From Octopus sinensis (Eukaryota): a stretch of 64,000 nucleotides of DNA. Shown here in pieces: positions 1 to 64,000 of this stretch; the stretch's first letter is position 1; the number at the start of each line of letters is the position of its first letter. The notes under the pieces were generated by a model, which saw nothing but the letters and a program-made list of their open reading frames with translations, ran no database searches and had not been told where the DNA came from. Position numbers and translations under genes: made by a program. Location of the stretch: assembly GCF_006345805.1 (NCBI RefSeq), contig NC_042998.1, positions 68,820,001 to 68,884,000 on the forward strand. The letters run 5' to 3'.

Positions 1-1936
1 AACACTAATGTCCTAGTGAAATCTTTCACCATATCCATCAGACACTGCTCCAAGGTTATCTGTGAAGAAATCCAGATGGGAGTCCAAGAAGGGAACTTTC
101 AATGACAAGCGACAACCCATTGCTGAGTAACATCTCAGAAGATTCTTGATGCCATCTTTGTAGTCCATTGCCTCCTTGTTGCCCAAGAAAATCTCGCAGA
201 TCCAATTGAAAACATTCCAGACAGGCAGTTCCAGTTCATCTAGTGTTGTCTTGAAGTTGACATCTTTGAGCACTTCTCTAATTTGAGGGTCTGACAAAGA
301 TACCTTCTTTCAGCTTCGCCTGTGTGATTTTGGGTAACTTTTCTACAATATACTCAAACCTTCTGGCATTTCTCTTCCCTAGTGTCTTTATAAACTTTCA
401 TCAGTCCAAGCTTTATGTACAAAGGAAGCAATAGGACATTACATGGATCTACAAGAGGTGTATTCTTGACGTTAGGCAGACCTGGCTGGTATGATGTTCT
501 TGTCTGCTAGTTTGATTCCGAATATCTGTCAGTTGTCCAACTATCCCATAGACACAAGGAACGAGTGTATTTTGTGAAATCTGGCTGTATTTCCATTAAC
601 ATTCCAATGACTTATAAATCTCCACATATTTTTCATGAATATCTTTCATAGGCAATGGCATGAAGTAAAAGTTCCATATTCTTATATTATTCATGAATTT
701 GAACGGAGCGTGCAAAGGGAATGGAAGGCTTCAAATTACCATTATGGAGAAGTACAGCTTTTAAACTTCGCTTTAAAGAATCAGTAAACAAACGCCACTC
801 TCCAGAATCATGATTTTATAATAAACATTCGAAAAGTCCATCGATGTTACTGCAAAAGCAAAACGGGCCTTCAACAGAAAAACACGTTTGTAGAACCACA
901 TTTCTCTGCCGAAAATTAGTTGTACGAACACCGCGCTCAAGCAGATACTTCTCCTTCAGTCTTGATGCCAACAGTTCTGCTTTATTTTTTAAGAGGGATA
1001 GGCCTCTGACAAGTTCATTCAGTTCAGTTTGGGAAAATTTCTGAGGTTCAAACCTATCGTCATCAGTAGCACTATCATGACAGTCAGTATCAGCATCTCA
1101 TGTTTCAATATCATCATCTGGTGGAACTGGAATTGGCAGTCTTCTATTGTGAGGCACAGGTCTCATTGCAGAATTCAAATTGGGGAACACATTTTTGTGT
1201 TAATTCTTCATAGGAAATGTGACATTTACTTTGCAAAAATAACAGTTATTAAAATGGTCTTTTGGCTCCCTCCATATCATTGGAATAGCAAAAGGCATGG
1301 ACTTCTTAATATTGAACCAGTTACGTAAGCCATTTGAGCTAACTGAGCAAATAAAACGTGGTACCCATGACTTGTCCTGATCTCCAAGAGGACAGTCAAC
1401 GTATAGCTTATAAATCGTCTTTATCTCTGGTGTTATTGTACGTTTTTGAGCTTTCACAATAAATTGTCCACAGACATAACAAAACACTTCAGAACGATTT
1501 CTGCACTCTCTTGATATTGTTAATACAGTAAAGCAAGTAAGTAAATAGATACAAACGGTTATACTTATATTGAATTTGAGATGATGAAATATTTTATCAG
1601 ACCAATTATGAGTGGACAGTTTGAGATATTGAAATACTTATTTCATCAGATAAAACTTGATTGGTTAATTTAAGAAGATGAAATATTGCATCTGAACTAT
1701 GCAGCAATGAATAATGCAGTTTATTTTAAAGGTATGTTTCCATGATGTAAATGAAATACATGCATACACGTCATTAATTGGAATTTCTATATAATGCATG
1801 AGCTAAAACCAAAAAACTTTCTCATCTTGAAAACTATAAGTGATATCAAAAAACTAATTGTATATTTGAAATCAGCATTAAGAACTACACTAAGTACACC
1901 TTGACATGCTTGATGAAAAATACTTGTTGACCAGTG
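1..1936 (-). mobile_element. Decayed Chapaev3-like (CMC superfamily) DNA transposon, truncated by the window edge
   Basis: Frameshifted transposase pieces on the minus strand: FCYVCG...DQDKSW...WREPKDHFNNCYFC (1200-1487), FTKY..LCLWDS (about 540-590), PLYIKLGLMK (about 400-440), KLKEGIFV (about 295-320), HLDFFTDNLGAVSDGYGERFH (13-297). Terminus ...TTGTTGACCAGTG at 1936 is followed by TTA. The family name is from my recall of these motifs. Confidence 0.75.
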
Positions 1937-2788
1937 TTATCTTTGTATTAACCGGAAATGACATTTTCAATGGTACGGAAGTTCTTGGTCACATGTCACC
2001 GGAAATCAAACAATAAATACACGGTTTAGCTGAGTTGCCTTATTTGGAACAAGCAACACGTCATGTGTATTGTCATACTTCCTTCGAGATATATGTCTTG
2101 CAGACTGAGGAGAATAAAATGAGAACCGGGTGGGGGTGAGGATTAACGTTACCACCGCTTACAACTCCCACCACCACCATCACTATTACCACCGTCATTC
2201 CACCACCATCGTTATCGCAGTTACCACCATCACCACCATGGTCCCCCATAACCGTTACTACTGCTATCATCCCCCACTGTCATCCCTCCACCCCTTTGCT
2301 GTCACCCCCACCCATTTTCTACACCCTCGACGCCCGCCCCAGTTCCCATCCCCACCACCCAACAATAAACACAGCACAAGAAGAAAGATTTCCTTAAAAT
2401 GTTTTCAGAAGTCTGCAAAGTAGACACATTCCACGCAAGGAATTACAACGCTTAGAAAGTTGATGTTAAGTGAGAAGGGTGGCTGCTCATGTTGAAGTCT
2501 CTCTCTCTCTCTCTCTCTACTTAATTGGCGACTCAGCTGGGTCAGATTTCGGGTAATTCAAACCCCTCTCAGGGGATCAAAAACGAAACGAATGTTACAA
2601 ATGTTATTTTTGTTTTTGTTTTTGGTTGTTTTTTGGCGGGAAGGTCTTTTTTCCCCGCTAAGGCAACGCATTTTACCATTCAATAATAGCCATTGTCAGA
2701 CCTTGTCCTTGGCAGATGGTTGCAAGAAGAAAGACCAGAAAAAGTTAAAAACAATAAATAAAAACAGAAATTATAAATGAACAAGTTA

Positions 2789-2995
2789 TCATCTGGTCGA
2801 GTTTGCTCGGACATTTATAACCTTCGCATGCCATCTATCGCGGTCCTGCATTAATTGAGGGAGATCTTCAGAGAGGTATCCAGTATCTCTGGTGAACTGA
2901 TCTACATACGTTTTGATCGGACAACCTGCTCGAGTATGGCCATGCATTGGCGTCCATAGCAGTAAGTCACATGCCAACTCTTGTTTAGCGCCTCA
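2789..2995 (-). mobile_element. 3' end fragment of an RTE/RTEX-like LINE ORF2, internally deleted
   Basis: ALNKSW joined out of frame to DLLLWTPMHGHTRAGCPIKTYVDQFTRDTG...DRDRW, a typical post-RT tail of this LINE group. Confidence 0.65.
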
Positions 2996-3839
2996 CTCTT
3001 ATAACGGTGAAACCCTGGAGCCCTGAAAATAAAAGAAATGCCAACACAATTGGAAAACAGGTCGGTAGTAGGGAATAAAATGCAAAACAAAAAATTTCTT
3101 TGCTTTTGGAGTTCTTTCGACTTCGCCTGAACAAATTACACTTTTGTGAATCTTGATTAGGGAAACCCGTCAGTTTGACTGGCATTGCAATCGTGTACAT
3201 GACCTGCGACAATAGACGAGAAATTAGCAATCGAAAGACATTCCGTGACTCGTCTTAACCTCAGAAACTCCTCACGCATCGCTCGTCGCACGGTCAAACA
3301 AGGAGAGAGTTCGGCTGAAGCCTCGGCTCGAGTTATTCAAAAAATCAGCTACAAAACGAAACAACATAATTTTTTTGAAGTACAAGCAAAATACACTTGT
3401 CTCTCTTTATGTTCATCATCAGCATCATCCTTTAACGTCCGCTTTCCATGCTGGCATGTGTTGGACAGTTTGACTGGGGAATGGCCAGCCAGAAGGTTGC
3501 ACCAAACTCCAATCTGTTCTGTCAAGGTTTCTACAGCTGGATACCATTCCTAATGCCAACCACTAAGAGAGTGTAGTGGGTGCTTTTTACTTACCACCGG
3601 CACGGGGGCCAGTCAGGCGGCACTGGCAACGACCACGCTTAAATGGTGCTTTTTATGTGTCACCGGCACGGGAGCCAGTCAGGCGGCACTGGGATGAATA
3701 AATAGATAAATAAATAAATAAATAAATATATGTAGCTAAGTTACCTAAGTTACCATCACTCCCAGCAGACGACCGGTGCCCGACCAATGGCAGAGCATTC
3801 CGAGAACGCACCGAACTGATAGGCCACAGTCGGAGACAC

Positions 3840-4000
3840 TGTGACCCGTCTTGTTCTCCCGCGTGAAGTCGTTGATAATCGTCGACAACGATGGGCAAAC
3901 TATTAATCTCTTCCATACTAGGGTACCTGGGTTTCTTTGGGATGATGGTATTCCTGACCCTGTCTTTATATCTGATATTCATCAATGCACGCAATTTTGC
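3840..4000 (-). mobile_element. Possible decayed RTE-type ORF2 fragment
   Basis: LRALMNIRYKDRVRNTII..K..YPSMEEI resembles the post-RT LRxILxIxWxDxVxN region; weak match. Confidence 0.35.
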
Positions 4001-4179
4001 AGCACGATGTCGATGTTTCCAATCTGTATAATACTGCAGACTAACAACTATTACAGTTCATTTGAGCTGACAGAGATTTGTTATTCCACAATTGCTCTCC
4101 CAACCTTCTGACTGCTGAGCCGGCCTTACTCGTCCTGCCACATTATTCATCGGAGAACCTACCTTTGTTTGTGATTGGA

Positions 4180-4410
4180 CTAGAACGGTGGATTGGCACA
4201 GTTCTTAGAGCATTGCAAAAAATAGTTTGCAGTACATCTTTCGGTTCTTTACGTTTTGAGTTCAAACTCTGCTGAAGTCAACGTTGTTTTTTATCCCTCC
4301 GGGGGTCAATAAAGTAGCTTACCATTACCAGTGAAGTACTAGGGTTGATCCTATCAACTAATCCCTTCCCACATTTTTGCTGGCCTTGTGCCTAAATTAG
4401 AAAAAAAAAC
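4180..4410 (+). mobile_element. tRNA-derived SINE, family D (body ...gtcgactttgcctttcatcctttcggggtcgataaaataagtaccag..., (ATT)n tail). Other copies: 9480-9600, 9620-9860, 14865-15075, 19490-19600, 19620-19836, 19870-20060, 20740-20870, 24230-24458, 24500-24710, 30690-30895, 32520-32720, 33920-34100, 46910-47030, 53340-53565
   Basis: Dispersed repeat of about 230 bp with A/B-box-like head (ctggcagaatcgttag / gagttcaaattcc), seen more than 14 times; boundaries approximate. Confidence 0.8.
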
Positions 4411-4429
4411 TGGCATTCCGTCGGTTACG

Positions 4430-4655
4430 ACGGCGAGCGTTTCAGTTGATCCGATCCCGTGAAATTAACGTGCCAGTGGCTGAACATTCCACCAGACACA
4501 CGTACCCTTAACGCAGTTCTCAGGGAGATTCAACGTGACACACTATGTGACTAGGCTGGCTCTTTGAAATACAGGTACGACTCATTTTTACCAGCTGAGT
4601 AGACTCGAGCAACGTGAAGTAAAGTGTCTTGCTCAAGGAGATAATACATCGCCTG
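4430..4655 (-). mobile_element. tRNA-derived SINE, family C (head ggcgcgtggcttagtggttag...gagttcgattccc, then gtgtccttgagcaagacacttta). Other copies: 4790-5050(+), 22790-23115(-), 26905-27060(-), 27760-28020(+, different body), 32100-32370(-), 60790-61965(-, interrupted), 63145-63320(-)
   Basis: Same body of about 330 bp recurs; internal Pol III boxes are visible in full copies. Confidence 0.8.
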
Positions 4656-5129
4656 GAATCGAAGATTTCCAACGGAAACCTTTAACATTGAAGATTATTT
4701 TCACAAAAAGGCAATGTGATGTAACAGAAAATGATAAATTCTAAAGGAAGCTACTCCATCAAAGGCCGGCCTAGTAACTTTGATAAATTAGTGATTAGGG
4801 TACTTGGTTCAATTCTCAGTGGTGTATTGTCTCCTTGAGCAAGACACTTTATTTCGTATTGCTCCAGTCCACTCAGCTGGCATAAATGAATTGTACCTGT
4901 AATTCACTGGGCCAGACATGTCTCCCTGGGAACCACGTTAAGGGCACGTGTGTCTGTGGAGTGCTCAACTACTTACACGTTAACTTCACAAGCAGGCTGT
5001 TCTGTTGATTGGATCAACCGGAACTCTCCTCGTCGTATCCGACGGAGTACCAGTGATGTGTCTGATCAAAACACACATACATTCAATCATGTACACTCAC
5101 TCAAATATACTCACACACCCATACACACA

Positions 5130-5815
5130 TACATCATCATCATCATTTAAAGTTCGCTTTCCATGCTGGCATGGGTTGGGCGGTTGGTCTAAGCACTGGT
5201 GAGCCAGAAGGCTGCACCAAGCTCAATCTAATCTGGTAAAGTTTCTACAGCTGGATGCCCTTCCTAACGCCAACCATTCCGAGAGTGTAGTGGGTGCTTT
5301 TACGTGCCATCGGCACGAGGGCCAGTCAGGCGGTTCTGGCAACGACCACGCTTAAAAGGTGTTTTTTACGTGCTACCTACACGGGAGCCAGTCCGGCAGC
5401 ACTGGCAACGACCACGCTCGAATGTTGTTTTTCACGTGCCACCGGCACATGTGCCGGTAAGGCGACGCTGGCAACGATCACGCTTGAATAGTGCTTTTTA
5501 CGTGCCACCGACACAGGAGCCAATCCGTGGCCCTGGCAACGATCACGCTCGGGTCGCTTTTAAGGTTCCACTGGCACGAGTGCCAATCAGGTGGTACTGT
5601 CATCGGCCACATCAGCGATTTTGATTTGATTTCACTTGCCTCAACAGATCTTCGCAAGTAAAGTTTATTCTCCAATGAATGAGGGGTACTCGTGAGTGGG
5701 CTGGTTACACCCCCTGGCATAGGCCGCGGGCTATGGTCTCACTCGGCTTGTCGGGTCTTCTCAAGCACAGCATACCTCCAAAGGTCTCGATTACTAGTCA
5801 TTGCCTCGGTAAGGC
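5130..5815 (-). mobile_element. 5'-truncated RTE LINE 3' UTR with internal minisatellite of about 63 bp. Further copies include 3405-3690, 15750-15930, 16180-16620, 18120-18320, 18500-18680, 23180-23750, 33560-33900, 34100-34880, 39780-40000, 40220-40440, 43260-43940, 44680-44930, 45340-45660, 48490-48665, 49300-49570, 52930-53190, 53630-54330, 54800-55270, 55440-55850, 58060-58630, 63400-63640
   Basis: Shared tail ...gagtggttggcgttaggaagggcatccagctgtagaaa...ggacgttaaacgatgatgatg. Longer copies (24990-26905, 28700-29610, 38100-38730) show this tail continuous with RTE ORF2. Confidence 0.85.
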
Positions 5816-5840
5816 CCATATATATATATATTAGACCTTG

Positions 5841-6630
5841 AGAAAATGGAGAAATAACTAACAATGAGAAGTGGATCTTTGGTGTTATAAAGCCATTATT
5901 TAATTAAGATGGGAGTATGATAGTATCATACTCCCATCTTAATTAATTAAATAATGGCTTTATAACACCAAAGATCCATTTCTCATTGTTAGTTATTTCT
6001 CCATTTTCTTGTCTTTATATACATTAAACCACGGTTTGCCTTTAAATTACCTACTACCGTATACGTTATAACAAGGACCATACGTACTGAGGTAATACCA
6101 GGAGTGTCTTTGGATACATCTATCCTTTAGAGGGCTTTCATGCATCTAACACATATATATACCCCACACTACCATACCACACCACGCCACATCACACCAT
6201 CCCGCACACACTAGCACTGACCACTTCCCAGCATTCACACCAGCACACACACTAGCACTGACACTTCTTAGCACCTATAACATCATCCACACACCTGCAC
6301 ATGCACACGTCAATGTCACCAACCCCCTTCCACACGCTCTCACATACACACGCACGTGCACCTTCGTTTTGGGATCACCACTACATTATTATCTCCCCTT
6401 CTTCCTAGCTCTCCTGTGTGACCCCTTTGTCCGACATTCGCCATGATAGATCGCTAGCCACTATAACTTTATTCTATTTTCTCTCCATGTTTATCTCTGT
6501 GTTCCTTTCTGTCGAAGAGCGTAGGCTCGAAACGTAAAAGACTTTCTCATTTCCCGTGCGTTAAACTAATACATCTGTTTGTTGTTTACACACTCGTCTT
6601 CGTCTTTTGTCTTTTTGTAAATTCTCATCA
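5841..6630 (+). mobile_element. Penelope-like element remnant with inverted 5' duplication and hammerhead-like motif
   Basis: Palindrome at 5841-6009, hammerhead-like motif at 6505-6540, T-rich end running into (CA)n. No intact RT or GIY-YIG ORF is visible, so the class is inferred. Confidence 0.5.
6505..6540 (+). ncRNA. Minimal type I hammerhead-ribozyme-like motif with variant core
   Basis: CTTT-CTGTCGA-A-GAGC-gtag-GCTC-GAAAC-GTA-AAAG: stem I CTTT/AAAG, stem II GAGC/GCTC, GUA cleavage triplet. Core has U in place of conserved A6. Confidence 0.55.
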
Positions 6631-6949
6631 CTATACACACACACACACACACACACGTACATATAACGAGTTTCCATACACATTCACAGATCGACTCTTC
6701 TACATCAATCACATTTGAACTCCATTTTATCGATACTCCTCAAGCCCACAATGCCCGTACCTCAACCACATCTATTTCCTTGACTTACAAACATAGTTTT
6801 GTAAACCCTCCAATTTACAAACCTTCAGCATCAACCACATCCGGCTCACACTCCATTTTCTAGGTTCTCCTGCAGCCCACAGCTCAACAGCATCCACATC
6901 TGAACTTTTGTTTCACACATTTCATCATCCAGATACTCCTACCACCCAC

Positions 6950-7025
6950 ATGTCTACCACATGTGAACTCCTGTTTCTATGTCAGCCTGCCACGGATCCC
7001 ACTACAGCATTTCTGTAGTTGCTGT
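6950..7025 (-). mobile_element. Decayed fragment of the RTE PHD-finger region
   Basis: KCCSGIRGRLT*KQEFTCGRH parallels HKRCSNIK-RLTGKIVFVCGRC at 26107-26170. Confidence 0.45.
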
Positions 7026-7199
7026 TCACACTTGATACACAGTGTCGGGTTACTATTAACTCCTATTCTATGTATTAAGCAAGGTCACTCATCAAATGAT
7101 GCTGGGATTCTGTGCGCACACATATTAACTAGGACAATACGTTTGTCTCTATGTGCCTGTATGGACACACACACACAAATGCATGTGCATGCACACACA

Positions 7200-7922
<723 letters not shown>

Positions 7923-8309
7923 CATATATATCAACATTATATATACATACACACATCTCTTCTTTCCACACATTGCACTTGCATAAATACATGCACACAT
8001 CCAGAAAATCATGCGATTACACATTTGTGGTTATGTTAATATAGATTACAAAGCTATTTGATAACTGATTACTGCTGTCTGCAAGTCTGATTTGCAACAC
8101 TGCGTCTGCACTAGAATGGTAAGTAGGATATGTTCCCAGGAAATTGTCAGAGAAAGAGAGAGAGAGGGAAGGAAAGATAGAGAGAGAAAAGGTCAGAGTG
8201 ATAGAGAGACAATGGTGAATTTTGATAATTTTGATATTATTTATTTACATATTTACAGCATATTATATAAACATGCACACAATATATATATCTGTATGTA
8301 TATATATAT

Positions 8310-8356
<47 letters not shown>

Positions 8357-8587
8357 GTGTGTGTGTGTATATATATACATACATACATACACATACACAT
8401 ACATATGCACACAAACACTCATCTATATGCATATATGTGTGTGTATACATCATCATTATCAACAATAATGATGTATAAACATACTAGTGAGTTACTTGTG
8501 TATGTGTACATTGTGTGTGTGTATGATTGTGTTTGTGTATGATTATATAATCATATATGTGTTTATGTGTGTGTAGTATGTGTCCAC

Positions 8588-8593
8588 TTTAAT
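8588..8593 (-). promoter_or_regulatory. Candidate POLR3B polyadenylation signal (ATTAAA variant)
   Basis: ATTAAA on the minus strand about 95 nt after the stop codon; position-based guess only. Confidence 0.3.
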
Positions 8594-8688
8594 CAAATAT
8601 TGTCATAACAAAATGCCATTAAAAACAGAAACCATTTCACTCTTGACTCATCAACTCCTTGATCTTAACTGCACGACTCATTGACTCT

Positions 8689-63064
<54,376 letters not shown>

Positions 63065-63104
63065 CTACAACAGACAAAACAAATTCAATATTTATTATTT
63101 ACAG

Positions 63105-63135
<31 letters not shown>

Positions 63136-63910
63136 TATATAGGGGCACTCCGTTGGTTATGACGACAAGGGTCCCAGCTGATCCAGTCAACGGAACAGCC
63201 TGCTCATTAAATTAACGTGCAAGTGGCTGAGCACCCACAGACATTTATACCCTTAATGTAGTTCACAAGGAGATTCAGCATGATACAGAGTGTGACAAGG
63301 CTGGCCCTTTGAAATACAGGTAGAGGACGAGAGCCTCCAGCCTTCACCAGGTGTCTTGGGGAAATTTTGAACCTGGGTTCTCATTCCTGTTCATCATCAT
63401 CATCATCATCGTCATTTAACGTCTGCTTGCCATGCTGGCATGCGTTAGACAGTTTGACTGAGGACTGGTGAGCCAGAGGCTGCACCAGGCTCTATCTGAT
63501 CTGGCAAGGTTTCTACACCTGGATGCCCTACCTAACGCCAACCACTCCAAGAGTGTAGTAGGTGCTTTTACATACCACTGGCACAAGGGCCATTCAGGCA
63601 GTTCTGACAATGACCACAGGCAAAAGGTGTTTTTTACATGAGGTCACCGCATTGAGCAAACTCTTGGGGTTAGTAGCCCACGCTCTTAACTACTATGCCA
63701 TATGCACACATTTTTTTTTCTTCTTCAGAGCTTTCTAGATGTCAGCTACTTACATTAACTACTGCTTTCACATGTGGGTGACAGACTTCAGCCTTCATTC
63801 TCTGACCTTTGAGTTTCATAAACTTCTTAATCTGGCATGTCTTCACTATTTCAAATAATAACATCGAAAAATACCTGAGGAATGAGAACCCAGGTTTGAA
63901 ATTTCCCCAA

Positions 63911-63956
63911 GACACCTGGTGAAGGCTGGAGGGTATATCAGCCGAAACGTTGTGTT
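63911..63956 (+). ncRNA. Minimal type I hammerhead-like motif in a Penelope-like end
   Basis: GACAC-CTGGTGA-A-GGCTG-gagggtatat-CAGCC-GAAAC-GTT-GTGTT: stem I GACAC/GTGTT, stem II GGCTG/CAGCC; core A6 replaced by G. Confidence 0.65.
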
Positions 63957-64000
63957 AACAACAAACAAGATGAGGACAAATATCCGTCAAATGTAAATAA

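Noticed and set aside
2997-3022. 26-nt minus-strand segment with good acceptor and donor
   Set aside because: Abuts the RTE-like fragment, has no partner exons and no recognisable peptide.

Overview
Eukaryotic, repeat-saturated genomic DNA. The repeat families (RTE tails ending in (GAT)n, tRNA-derived SINEs, long AT/ATAC/TAGA microsatellites) look like a coleoid cephalopod, probably Octopus; this is inferred from the repeat landscape, not from a database hit. The one well-supported gene is the 3' part of POLR3B (RPC2, second-largest subunit of RNA polymerase III) on the minus strand. I reconstructed 11 GT-AG exons between 63064 and 8689: 1242 nt, 413 codons plus stop, all phases consistent. 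One is an 18-nt micro-exon (GICPDI, 32426-32443) between introns of 11.7 kb and 8.3 kb. The 5' part of the gene lies beyond the right edge. Almost all supplied ORFs are artefacts of microsatellites or decayed retroelements. Mobile DNA includes a fossil Chapaev3-like transposon, many 5'-truncated RTE LINE copies (one keeps the RT core with a PHD finger inside it), R4/Dong-like endonuclease fragments, a CR1 fragment, three tRNA-derived SINE families, a fold-back mariner derivative nested in a SINE, a hAT MITE, and Penelope-like remnants with hammerhead-ribozyme motifs. Best leads: the micro-exon, three hammerhead motifs, the PHD-in-RT architecture, a 190-bp identical inverted pair flanking two exons, and a speculative small antisense gene next to an intronic CpG-retaining island.
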